Shown one piece after another: positions 39,255-51,860 of a stretch of 63,998 bases of DNA (position 1 is its first letter; every line of letters begins with the position of its first letter). The translations under genes and the position numbers were made by a program. The DNA comes from Octopus bimaculoides (Eukaryota): NCBI RefSeq assembly GCF_001194135.2, contig NC_068995.1, forward strand, positions 19,617,376 through 19,681,373, written 5' to 3'. The notes beneath the pieces are model-generated. The model was not told the origin of the DNA. It searched no databases and saw only the letters and a program-made list of their open reading frames with translations.

Positions 39255-40335
39255 CAGAAAGAAAGTGAGTGTGAAGTAGGAACCATTTACACAAAAGTCG
39301 ATACCCGAAAATGGTCGCAGTTTTTGTCTGATCAAAGGAGATGTATACAGGCTATACTTCCCAAGTGAGGATGGTGGTTGTGGTCTCAAATCTGTAGTGA
39401 TGTCATATAGAGTACGTATTGTGACACTCAAATAACATTTGCATCAGAGAAAAAAGACCAGTAACTAATTTGCTCAAATTCGTGATTGTGAACAACATAA
39501 TTAGGATAGCAAATGAACTTGAGGAGAGATATAGATTAAGAACTGCAATAGATCTCTTCCCAAGGAGTACTGACAAAATTTATTTATTTGAAAAACAAAA
39601 ACATGGTCCAGATCATTGAGAGATTCATGGGTACATTATAGGAAATTATAAACTATGTAAGGAATCAATCATGTCAAAAGTTTGGCAAAAACTGAAGCCG
39701 GTAACCAACATTTATGATATTGCAATTCAAGAACAAAAGATACCGACCATGAACTTGTAAAAGGCAGAAAACATTGACATACAACAAGCGTAGGCTGCTC
39801 AAGACCAAGACTAAATACTCGAACCACATTATTGCCAAATGCGAGGGAATGTTTTCAAGATATTATCTTCGGTTGAGGCATGACGCAGTGGTCAAAACAG
39901 TCTGCAACAGGAGAACAAAAAGGAAAACAGCTACAGACGAAATTGACTATATTGAGAATGAGATGTCAAAAGAGCATAGCTGGAATTTAAAGATTTAAAG
40001 AGCCACCATGTTAAAACACAACTGGCTACATATTGCTGTCTGAGACCAGAAGGAAGAGGTATTTCTGTTGTGGAAACCAGTTGTCCTCTGGACACCAATG
40101 CAGTTCTAAAAACAGGAGAGAAAGAGGACATCTATGAACCATTGATAAGGAGTTTGGAAATTCAGGACCAAAGACACATTTTCACTTTCGTACCTATTAT
40201 TACGGAAGCACCGCAAAAGATACCAGCGCGTCTGCAGCAGAGAGCATGACTAAATTAGAATTCCTGGGGAGAGAATGCAAATCTTTAAATCATACACTAG
40301 AAATGAGACCTGAGACAATAAAAATCTGGAAGACA
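39255..40335 (+). mobile_element. 5'-truncated R4/Dong-type RLE LINE remnant
   Basis: GDVYRLYFPSEDGGCGLKSV (post-RT 'DRLY.PR..GGRGL'); degenerate CCHC finger CRLLKTKTKYSNHIIAKC followed by SRYYLRLRHD; RLE block ISVVETSCPLDTN...EKEDIYEPLIRSL...FVPII. Many stops and frameshifts. Confidence 0.8.
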
Positions 40336-41423
40336 TTTTTTTTTTTAAAGATTTAACGGATGATTAACAAAATAAGTTACTTTCTTTCACAATCTTGCAG
40401 CCGAGCAGGTGGCCAGTCAAAATCCATTTGGAATTAAAATTTGAGAATGAATATACGAATGAACATACATAAATATACGCGTGTACGCGTTTGAGTGTTA
40501 CGTTTTTGATATGTATATCCTTGTGTCTTTATTTGAAATCTCTCTTTGCCCGCGCGTGTGTATATGTGTATGTGCGTTTTTGCATGTGTGTGTGTGCGTG
40601 TATACTTACATATACATACATACATATATATATATATATATGTATATATATNNNNNNNNNNNNNNNNNNNNNNNNNNNNNNNNNNNNNNNNNNNNNNNNN
40701 NNNNNNNNNNNNNNNNNNNNNNNNNNNNNNNNNNNNNNNNNNNNNNNNNNNNNNNNNNNNNNNNNNNNNNNNNNNNNNNNNNNNNNNNNNNNNNNNNNNN
40801 NNNNNNNNNNNNNNNNNNNNNNNNNNNNNNNNNNNNNNNNNNNNNNNNNNNNNNNNNNNNNNNNNNNNNNNNNNNNNNNNNNNNNNNNNNNNNNNNNNNN
40901 NNNNNNNNNNNNNNNNNNNNNNNNNNNNNNNNNNNNNNNNNNNNNNNNNNNNNNNNNNNNNNNNNNNNNNNNNNNNNNNNNNNNNNNNNNNNNNNNNNNN
41001 NNNNNNNNNNNNNNNNNNNNNNNNNNNNNNNNNNNNNNNNNNNNNNNNNNNNNNNNNNNNNNNNNNNNNNNNNNNNNNNNNNNNNNNNNNNNNNNNNNNN
41101 NNNNNNNNNNNNNNNNNNNNNNNNNNNNNNNNNNNNNNNNNNNNNNNNNNNNNNNNNNNNNNNNNNNNNNNNNNNNNNNNNNNNNNNNNNNNNNNNNNNN
41201 NNNNNNNNNNNNNNNNNNNNNNNNNNNNNNNNNNNNNNNNNNNNNNNNNNNNNNNNNNNNNNNNNNNNNNNNNNNNNNNNNNNNNNNNNNNNNNNNNNNN
41301 NNNNNNNNNNNNNNNNNNNNNNNNNNNNNNNNNNNNNNNNNNNNNNNNNNNNNNNNNNNNNNNNNNNNNNNNNNNNNNNNNNNNNNNNNNNNNNNNNNNN
41401 NNNNNNNNNNNNNNNNNNNNNNN

Positions 41424-41488
<65 letters not shown>

Positions 41489-41630
41489 CTCTCTCTCTCT
41501 CTCTCTCTCTTTGTCTCTGTTTCTTTCTGCGTGCCTCTCTGACTTTCTCTTCCTCTCTCTCCCTCTTTATTTCTTTCTCCCTCTTTCTCTATCTTCCTTC
41601 TCTCTTCGACTCCTCTTTCTCTCTCTCTCT
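41424..41630. repeat. (CA)n then (CT)n and CT-rich tract next to gap 40652-41423
   Basis: Directly visible. Confidence 0.93.
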
Positions 41631-43589
41631 TTCGTAGTTGACTATTGCTCTTAAAATCAATCTATCTCTTTCTCAACTTATGCAAGATGTAAAATGTTCC
41701 AACCACATACAAAGACGCTTTTCCTATATCAAGGACAACCTCCTCAGATCTGGTTAACCTATTTAAATGAAGGCAAAATGTGGTTGAAGTGAATTTACCT
41801 GCTTTTTTCTAACATGTCCAGTAGCTACACAAAAGCCCCTTTTTTTACTCTAATTCTGAGCGTATGTGCATGTATGGACTTGTGAGTGTAACTATGAGAA
41901 TGTGTGTGTATGCGTGTAGTTATGAATGTGTAAACGTTCGTGCGTATGGAATGTGTATGTGAAAGTATGTAGGTTTATTTCATTTCCTTAGTAATGTGTG
42001 TTGTGTATGTAAATATACACCTTTGTTCATGTGTGTGCATATGTAAGATTGCGTGTATGTATGTGCATGTAGATGTCTATAATTTTGTACAATGACTATG
42101 AGCGGGCAAGTATGCTTCATCACGTGTGTATGTGATTGTGTGAGCGTGTGCGCTTGTGTGTGTACAAGCGTCTTTTCGTTTAACTGTAAAAATGTATATG
42201 TAAGTTCATATTTAATAGGATGTGTTGTTTTATGTGTATGTAAATATGAACTTACATACAAATAAGTGTTTGTATGTGCGCATGTATTATGAAGGTATGC
42301 GTACAAGAATTTAGCGATTATCAAAAATGGATCGATCGCGAATGAATTAATTCGCAGAACGTTACTCATTATAATTATTTTTCAGGTTATTTCTTAGTAA
42401 ACTTCTAGAATCATAATATAAACAGTTTCAAACCTAATATTTGCGTAGCTTCTGTCAGTTAAGATGTTCGGTATTTTTGCGAAAAAGTCAACTCTAAGTG
42501 ATGGTGGTCTCCAGTAAAAGAACATAATTACTTATTTTGCTTTTCGACTAATCGTAATTTTATTTTGTCAATATCGAAAATTCAGAATCAAAATAAAAGA
42601 GCATCCTACAGTTTTCATCATATAAAACCTCAAAAAAGTTCAAGAAACAAGCAAAATTTTAACGTTTCTGCGAGTAGTCAATTGTCTCGTGGTTGGAATA
42701 CAGGTGGCTCTGTCGAAAATAAAATCAATGCACAAATAATAAAGATTAGAAAACAATCCTCTTTTTTATAATCAAAATTGACATTTAGAGGATTATCAAA
42801 CCATTTCCTAAATACTCATCATCAGAAGAAAATTCAATAAGGTCAGATAACCAAATCAAAGTCAAAACTTACAAGAAGACAAGAATGGTTTCCATTTTCG
42901 TGAATGACGTATGTATTGTGCATGAAATCCCAAGCATTTAAGTAACATGCGAGTGGGTTTTTCTCTTATTCACAATTTCAATAATACATACATACATAGG
43001 AACATACATAATACATACATACATACACACATACATACATACATACATATATGCATACACACACACGCCCAAGCAAATATGATTGATAAATGAGAGACAG
43101 AGGTTGGAAGATACAAGAATGTTTATTGATCCCTAAAATTATTTCGACCCATCTAGCATCGATCCCTCATGGGTGGGATATTGAACAACTGGTCTAGAAG
43201 TATCCGTCGATGTAGATGTGTCGCATCAGGTGACTTCAAGATCTTTCCCGTTTAAATAACGTCTGTTTTCTTCTCGGTATGTGTATACAAAAGCAGCAAA
43301 TTAAGGGACACAGCTTCATTATTTTAGAAGATGAATAAAAATCAGAAGCAAAAGGCAATAAATACACAATACAGTAAAAATGTATTAAATATAACTGTTA
43401 GAAGATATGGATGTATAAACGCCTTTAATTAAGATGTCTGGCGCACGTCCATTCGCTCGTGAAACTTACACGAAGACATGAGCATACGTATATACGTGGC
43501 TTAGCGCACGAAAGCTCACACAGTGAATTAAATACATACTTTGAGTTTATAAGAATGGAGAGGTTACAGTCATATATGCATATGTACAC

Positions 43590-43740
43590 ATTATTTACAT
43601 TATTTACATTCGACGGATATTTGTCCTCATCTTTGATTGTTGTTAACACAATACTTCGGCTGATATATCAGCCTAAACTTTGTGTTAACAACAAACAAGA
43701 TAAGGATAAATATCCGTCAAATGTAAATAATGTAAATAAT
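43590..43740. repeat. Loop-less ~150 bp palindrome (76/75 bp arms)
   Basis: attatttacattatttacattcgacggatattt...ggctgata|tatcagcc...aaatatccgtcaaatgtaaataatgtaaataat, centred on 43665/43666, with scattered mismatches. Confidence 0.95.
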
Positions 43741-43765
43741 TCTTCATCTCTTAAATTCAGAACTG

Positions 43766-43805
<40 letters not shown>

Positions 43806-44399
43806 NNNNNNNNNNNNNNNNNNNNNNNNNNNNNNNNNNNNNNNNNNNNNNNNNNNNNNNNNNNNNNNNNNNNNNNNNNNNNNNNNNNNNNNNNNNNNNN
43901 NNNNNNNNNNNNNNNNNNNNNNNNNNNNNNNNNNNNNNNNNNNNNNNNNNNNNNNNNNNNNNNNNNNNNNNNNNNNNNNNNNNNNNNNNNNNNNNNNNNN
44001 NNNNNNNNNNNNNNNNNNNNNNNNNNNNNNNNNNNNNNNNNNNNNNNNNNNNNNNNNNNNNNNNNNNNNNNNNNNNNNNNNNNNNNNNNNNNNNNNNNNN
44101 NNNNNNNNNNNNNNNNNNNNNNNNNNNNNNNNNNNNNNNNNNNNNNNNNNNNNNNNNNNNNNNNNNNNNNNNNNNNNNNNNNNNNNNNNNNNNNNNNNNN
44201 NNNNNNNNNNNNNNNNNNNNNNNNNNNNNNNNNNNNNNNNNNNNNNNNNNNNNNNNNNNNNNNNNNNNNNNNNNNNNNNNNNNNNNNNNNNNNNNNNNNN
44301 NNNNNNNNNNNNNNNNNNNNNNNNNNNNNNNNNNNNNNNNNNNNNNNNNNNNNNNNNNNNNNNNNNNNNNNNNNNGTCCAAAAATGCCATCATGGTATT

Positions 44400-44810
44400 A
44401 TCTACCGATGAAATATGACGTAGTAGCTATGACGCACCAGTGAAGACCTCAATAAAATGTAAGCACAACAGACCTGATATAATGATTTGGGATAGAGAAG
44501 AGAAACTGTGCACAGTTGTAGATGTTAACAGCGGATATTAACATAAAACTGAAGGTCAGTGAAATCGAGAACACCTAAGCCGAATTATTGAAACATCTGC
44601 CATTACTCTATCCAGATTACAAATTGAGGTCTATACCTGTAGTTATTGGGACTCTGGGATGAGTAACACACTGCCTAAATACCAATCTTGAGAAATTGGG
44701 CTTCTCAGGACCACAAAGGAGAATGCTAATTCGAAGACTACAGATCCTGTCCATCACTGGGACTGTACATATCTGTAAAACCTTCCAGAAGTCTATCACT
44801 TAAATATATA
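44400..44810 (+). mobile_element. 3' end of an R4/Dong-type RLE LINE, followed by (CATA)n
   Basis: YDAPVKTSIKCKHNRPDIMIWDREEKLCTVVDV...LYPDYKLRSIPVVIGTLG...LGFS...LIRRLQILSITGTVHICKTFQK: PD-(D/E)xK restriction-like endonuclease C-terminus. The 5' part is lost in gap 43806-44375. Confidence 0.85.
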
Positions 44811-45759
44811 AGAGCATGTCTAGATATGCAATTATATGCATGAGAATACATGCATAAAACATATCTGCACATACATACATGCATACATACATACATATAT
44901 ATACATGCATACATACATACATACATACATTCATACATACATACATACATGTGAAATGAAACAGCTGTTTCTTTTATATATTCTATGCTAAACATTAAAA
45001 TATTCACGGAATAGGTGGGCTGCAAACGTTTAGAGAAACGGTCTTCCAAAAGTCATTGCAAATTACTTCTCAATTTCCTACTGAAAATGTAATTTTATCT
45101 CAAAAACTTTTTTCTGATTTTCTCTGAGAACTTATATGCCTCGTGCCTTTTGCTTCTCTGTTAATTACTATAACAGGCTTCTTCTATTTTCATAATCACT
45201 TTACATTTCCTGTAGCATGTTTGCTACGTCTAGGTTTCTATGTTTAGCGTGTCAGTGTATATGTATAATCTCAGTGTGAGGGAGTACGAGTGTGTGCTCA
45301 CGCTTTGATGTGTACGTATATATTTCTATTTCTTCTCTATCTCTCTCTCTTTACGTTCGTTTTATAATACTCATGTTATATTTCTGGCGCGATTTAGGTG
45401 TTATTTATTTATTTATTTGTTTATGTACTTATTTATTTTTAGTCCGTATGTGCGATTCGCATAGTGATGAAGACATGCACTGATGCTAGCTGCAGAAAAA
45501 AAAATGGACATTGAACATTACTATAATGAGGTTCTCAGGTTCACATGTACGTGTTTGACCTTGTGAAGATGATGGTCGATTGATGTTGTTCTGTCTCAGA
45601 CGACATGTTATGTCTGTCTCTATGTGTTTATTTATACACCCACGCACATATGTAAATATATCAATGTGTGTGTATTTATGTGTAAGGCCGTATATGTGTG
45701 TGTGTGTGTATTTCCACATGCATGTGTGTGCGTGTGCATATATTGTATATATAAACATG

Positions 45760-45792
<33 letters not shown>

Positions 45793-46312
45793 NNNNNNNN
45801 NNNNNNNNNNNNNNNNNNNNNNNNNNNNNNNNNNNNNNNNNNNNNNNNNNNNNNNNNNNNNNNNNNNNNNNNNNNNNNNNNNNNNNNNNNNNNNNNNNNN
45901 NNNNNNNNNNNNNNNNNNNNNNNNNNNNNNNNNNNNNNNNNNNNNNNNNNNNNNNNNNNNNNNNNNNNNNNNNNNNNNNNNNNNNNNNNNNNNNNNNNNN
46001 NNNNNNNNNNNNNNNNNNNNNNNNNNNNNNNNNNNNNNNNNNNNNNNNNNNNNNNNNNNNNNNNNNNNNNNNNNNNNNNNNNNNNNNNNNNNNNNNNNNN
46101 NNNNNNNNNNNNNNNNNNNNNNNNNNNNNNNNNNNNNNNNNNNNNNNNNNNNNNNNNNNNNNNNNNNNNNNNNNNNNNNNNNNNNNNNNNNNNNNNNNNN
46201 NNNNNNNNNNNNNNNNNNNNNNNNNNNNNNNNNNNNNNNNNNNNNNNNNNNNNNNNNNNNNNNNNNNNNNNNNNNNNNNNNNNNNNNNNNNNNNNNNNNN
46301 NNNNNNNNNNNN

Positions 46313-46369
<57 letters not shown>

Positions 46370-46400
46370 ATTGGTGAAGGTAACGCAAAAAATGTCAATG

Positions 46401-46636
46401 TTCAGTACGACGATCGTTTCGACTCTTCCTGCAACTCTCTGCTAAGAGTAGGATTTTGTGTCTCAAAATACAGCAAGCAGAAACAACATCTCAGTATATC
46501 TAGCAGGACATATCTTTCTTTATGCGTGAACTTGATGTGACACAAACTGCGTTGATTGATGCAGCCCTATTAGATGCACAAATTTCTACCCATTACAGAC
46601 AGTTTCAGGACGAGTCGAAACGATTGTCGTACTGAA
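46401..46636. mobile_element. 236-bp fold-back element (MITE-like) with 36-bp terminal inverted repeats
   Basis: ttcagtacgacgatcgtttcgactcttcctgcaact (46401-46436) vs rc of 46601-46636: 33/36 identical. Weaker complementarity continues inward. Flanks TG and TA. Confidence 0.75.
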
Positions 46637-47214
46637 TACAGACTAGTGCTAAATGTATCTTCCATTTTCCTTCACTAATTATTATTATCGCAACTAAGAC
46701 TGCAGAATTCCTGCTGTAGATCCAGTGGAAATATACCCCAACTGTGGAAGACACCAGGTAGCCTAGATTGTGAACGTGTTTTACTCAACAAACTTGTTGA
46801 CATATACTCATTAGTCCAAAATATTAGGCGCACACATACATAAATATGAGCAGGAATAGATAATTGATCCCTAGAGATTAAATATCTTATGCAAACGGGC
46901 TACCAATGCCATTATCATAAGGAGTAGGCTATCAAGATATAAAAGCTTTCATGCCTTTCCGACATTGTTAATATTGCATGCGAACTGGTGTTGAAGAATG
47001 GGTTACAATCGTCGTTATAAGCCTGGCGCCAATTATTTCTACATTTCTGAAATCAACATATCTATATGTGTGTGTTTGTGCGCGTGTTTGAATGTATATG
47101 GTTATATATACACATATTCGCATACTCACAGTCAAACTCTCTCTATCTCTGTCTTTCTCTCACACACGCATCCATACGAACGTGCGCACACGCTATATAG
47201 ATACATAGACATAC

Positions 47215-47375
47215 AAATATAGATAGATAAACAGATAGATAGATAAATAGATACATACATACATACATACATACATACTTACATACATACATGCTTACAT
47301 ACATACATACATACATACATGCATGCATACATACATACATACATACATACATACATACATACATACATACATACC
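47215..47375. repeat. (GATA)n/(CATA)n microsatellites
   Basis: Directly visible. Confidence 0.93.
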
Positions 47376-47688
47376 GGTTGTTAAGTGGTTATGGGGGAAA
47401 ACAAACACCGATACGAAGACACCCACAGATACATACATACATACATGCATGCATGCATAGAGTTAAGTGTCCTTAGAATCTCAAATTTGTTGTTGCTTTT
47501 AGTGCAAATATTGCATAATCGAAAAATTATTATAAGCACTTCAAAACATTCAGGAAATAAACGAATGATCAGAGATATTAGGTCACTGTGGAAACGCCTC
47601 AAAAGGCTTGTTTTCAATTCAGACCTCTTGTGGTCGATTCCAGTTGGTGGTATGCACTCCATGAGGTTGCATAAGAAATATTTTGAAA

Positions 47689-47874
47689 GACTCCCAATTA
47701 GCGCGTTTCATTTCACTTTCCCACAAAAATGTCAACGTTATAACATGTACAGAGGAATGTAACTTTTTCGTCATATNNNNNNNNNNGACTCCCAATTAGC
47801 GCGTTTCATTTCACTTTCCCACAAAAATGTCAACGTTATAACATGTACAGAGGAATGTAACTTTTTCGTCATAT
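47689..47874. other. Identical 88-bp direct repeat either side of a 10-N gap (probable unmerged contig overlap)
   Basis: 47689-47776 equals 47787-47874; Ns at 47777-47786. Confidence 0.9.
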
Positions 47875-48242
47875 GCTTAATACTTTTTGTACCATTGTTT
47901 GTTTGTTTTTGGGGTTTTTTTTTCATTTATACATATTTTTTACTGTTTGTACTCTGTTACCTTGCACCTCTTGCTTTTCAAATAACACTAAAATTATTAT
48001 CCATTATTTCTTGTATTCATTATTTATCCAAAACGTCCCTTATAATACTTTAAAATATTTAGTCTATGCATAATATACAAGAAATTCATATTTAATTTTT
48101 CACAATTATCTGGAGAACAGCAATTAGAAACAGAACAAGACGCGTTGCTTTCAGTTTTCGTTAAATTTACATTATTATCATAATTACAATATCGTATGTA
48201 CTCCTATTTCTCTTCCCTCCTCAAAATGTCGACGTATTAAAC

Positions 48243-48519
48243 CAGTGGTTCTTAACCGGGGTCCATATGGCCCTTGGAGTTCCCTATATCACTTGGGGGT
48301 CCATATAAGATTGTCTAGTTAAAATTTATCTGCAATATATTGATTATACTTCTACAATACGTAAAATATTGTAAGACTTTTTTTTAATGCAATTTCTAAT
48401 AATATTTTGTAATAAAGAAATGTATGATTTTTTTTTAAACACTCAATTACTAGGACAGTCAAATCATATAAAATTGGAATCGAAGAGGTCTATATGAAAA
48501 AGATGGTTGAGAAACACTG
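48243..48519. mobile_element. hAT (Charlie-like) MITE, 277 bp
   Basis: TIRs cagtggttcttaacc and ggttgagaaacactg (13/15 match), subterminal ggggtccatat motifs, flanking 8-mers tattaaac/agtaaaac (5/8). Confidence 0.78.
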
Positions 48520-48898
48520 AGTAAAACGAAAGAGAAGAAAGGTTAAGCGGATGGGGGCACTACTCAGAACTTTTACTCGAATGGGTTATTAAGAATAGCG
48601 ATACACACTCTAAATGTTTGCGTATACTGTAAACCAAGAATAATTATGCGTCAGAGTTTACATTTATATGTGAATATCTATACACATACAAATACTTACC
48701 CACATGTGTAGGATATATATGTACGTATGTATATATGTGTTTATGTATAAACCAGTGTACTCAAGTAAGTCTGTATGAGAACTACACGAAAACTCATACC
48801 ATCGTAATACAACAATATTACAAAAGCCTTAAAGTGCGTTCAGTAAATTAAAAGATGTACACCAAGGGAAGATGAAAGAGCATCTATGTATGTGTGTG

Positions 48899-48931
<33 letters not shown>

Positions 48932-49601
48932 NNNNNNNNNNNNNNNNNNNNNNNNNNNNNNNNNNNNNNNNNNNNNNNNNNNNNNNNNNNNNNNNNNNNN
49001 NNNNNNNNNNNNNNNNNNNNNNNNNNNNNNNNNNNNNNNNNNNNNNNNNNNNNNNNNNNNNNNNNNNNNNNNNNNNNNNNNNNNNNNNNNNNNNNNNNNN
49101 NNNNNNNNNNNNNNNNNNNNNNNNNNNNNNNNNNNNNNNNNNNNNNNNNNNNNNNNNNNNNNNNNNNNNNNNNNNNNNNNNNNNNNNNNNNNNNNNNNNN
49201 NNNNNNNNNNNNNNNNNNNNNNNNNNNNNNNNNNNNNNNNNNNNNNNNNNNNNNNNNNNNNNNNNNNNNNNNNNNNNNNNNNNNNNNNNNNNNNNNNNNN
49301 NNNNNNNNNNNNNNNNNNNNNNNNNNNNNNNNNNNNNNNNNNNNNNNNNNNNNNNNNNNNNNNNNNNNNNNNNNNNNNNNNNNNNNNNNNNNNNNNNNNN
49401 NNNNNNNNNNNNNNNNNNNNNNNNNNNNNNNNNNNNNNNNNNNNNNNNNNNNNNNNNNNNNNNNNNNNNNNNNNNNNNNNNNNNNNNNNNNNNNNNNNNN
49501 NNNNNNNNNNNNNNNNNNNNNNNNNNNNNNNNNNNNNNNNNNNNNNNNNNNNNNNNNNNNNNNNNNNNNNNNNNNNNNNNNNNNNNNNNNNNNNNNNNNN
49601 N

Positions 49602-49722
49602 TACTAATTCCATTCACAAAGCTTTGGTCGGCCCGAGTCTATAGTAGGAAACAACTGCCTACTGTGCTATGCAGTGGGGCTGAACCCGGAACCATGCGCT
49701 TGGGCAGCATGCTTCTCACCAC
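49602..49722 (-). mobile_element. SINE family B head, abutting gap 48932-49601
   Basis: ccattcacaaagctttggtcggcccgagtctatagtagg.aac.actgcc...tgcagtggggctgaacccggaaccatg is the rc of the family B head. Confidence 0.82.
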
Positions 49723-50462
49723 ACAAATATGTGTGTGTGTGTGTGGATGTGTGGATGTGTGGATGCGTACGTATGTATGCATGTATGTATGAATGTATGT
49801 ATATATGTATGTGTGTTTGCATGTGTGTATGGATTTATGTATGTTTGTATGCGTGTAGGTTTATGTCTATGTGTGAGGTTCTGCCTACATTATAAAGTGA
49901 AAACCAACTAAGCATAGGAAAAGAAGACTCAATACTGATTTTGTAGGATAGAATGATATATTAATCCATGATTAATGACTGACGCAGACATTTTGAACGG
50001 TAGTCATTACTCAGAGTTTTAAATTCTCCCCCCCCCCCAGATCGATTTTCATAGTCTTAACGAAGAACATATATGCGTGTACGTTTCTAATCACAAACAC
50101 ACAAACACAGAAACACACACTAGAAATGCATGCACGCATACACATATATACTTATGTTAGCGAATTCATATCGGGATGCGTGTGAGTGCAAATGTCTTAG
50201 CTATAATGCATGCGTAACATCAAAGCACCGATTCATTTTTGATGTCGTATAAGAGATTCTAATTACTGCCTCACTGTTAACACCACACACATTCTTCTTC
50301 TCTTGTCGCCTCTTTCCCACTGTCACTGTCTTTATTTACATGTCTATACATAAACTTAAATCAACATAAACACACACACACACGCACACACACGCACACA
50401 CACATGTGCACACACTCGTGTGACCTCCACACGGTTTTATGTATAAGTAAAAGCATATAGCA

Positions 50463-50504
<42 letters not shown>

Positions 50505-50758
50505 NNNNNNNNNNNNNNNNNNNNNNNNNNNNNNNNNNNNNNNNNNNNNNNNNNNNNNNNNNNNNNNNNNNNNNNNNNNNNNNNNNNNNNNNNNNNNNNN
50601 NNNNNNNNNNNNNNNNNNNNNNNNNNNNNNNNNNNNNNNNNNNNNNNNNNNNNNNNNNNNNNNNNNNNNNNNNNNNNNNNNNNNNNNNNNNNNNNNNNNN
50701 NNNNNNNNNNNNNNNNNNNNNNNNNNNNNNNNNNNNNNNNNNNNNNNNNNNNNNNNNN

Positions 50759-50796
<38 letters not shown>

Positions 50797-50812
50797 ACAC
50801 ATGCACACACAC

Positions 50813-50843
<31 letters not shown>

Positions 50844-51189
50844 TGTATGTGTGTATGTAGAAAGGCATATAGACAGATACATAGATACGTAAATATATAC
50901 GTGTGCAAATGTAGATACATTAATAGATATGTGTGTGCGTGTGTGTGTGTTTGATTGTATCTTTATAATTATACCTAGATATATACACCTTCCCTCTGTC
51001 ACACACACATACACACACAAACGATCCTAACCATGTATGTTTGTATGAATATGCGTGTATTGTTGATAGTAAAAGTGATGGGTTTTCTATTGAATAATAA
51101 GTGTGATACAGTCCATTAAAATCTTGGTTTGTTGGATGGCAGATGCAATTCATCTAACATGATCCAGTAATTTTCCTTTCCAATCTATC

Positions 51190-51860
51190 ACAATGCGTTG
51201 GAGAGTTTATGTGATGCACACAAGCCTTTTCGCACTTGCAATGGACATGTTGCTGAGTTCGGCGGAAGTGTAGTTCAATGATACGAAGAATCGCTAACTG
51301 TGTTTTGATATCGGAAGCCCCTCTTAGACTCTTTATTGATCTAACTGTGATTACTTCATTAGTCATGATGGACAGGAGGATTCTAAAGTGCCATGTGAAG
51401 TCTATGATTTTAAGTCGTAGGAGGTGGAATCTAGTCTCGTGCAAGTATCTTGTAGTAAAACAAATCAGTGTTAGAAGTAGTTTTATTTTCGGTTTTGGTT
51501 GGCAGCATATAAATACGTTCCGTTAGTTAGAAACTGAAATTAGTTGAATCTTCCTGGCAGAAGAATTCGGGATGATCTCTACTGGGAAGGTGCCGCAATA
51601 CTGAGACTCCTGCGAGCCTATACTTGTTAGGCTGATATTGAGGTCAGAACAAGACAGAAATGAGGTGCACTGGAGGCTGTCAAAACTGCAGAGTCTCAGC
51701 TAAGATACAGAGACACCGTGGGCATTATACCTTGAGGAAGGACTGACTTGGGTAGTCCGCAAATATCTCACTAGGATAACATGCAAGGAAAGGACAAGAA
51801 ACTGCGCATGTAGAATGAGGTGCAGCCATCGACTGGGGAGGACGAGCCTGTGAGTTGAAA
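51190..51860 (+). pseudogene. HERO-type (NeSL/R4 group) non-LTR retrotransposon RT and post-RT fragment
   Basis: LFALAMDMLLSSAEV; APLRLFIDLTVITS (cf. PPIRAFMDDLTVTT); AEEF...QY*DSCEP; ADIEVRTRQK*GALEAVKTAESQLRYRDTVG...GRTDLGS (cf. AGIEVRTGRKW.A.EAV..AESRLRH.DIVG...GRAGLG). Confidence 0.78.
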
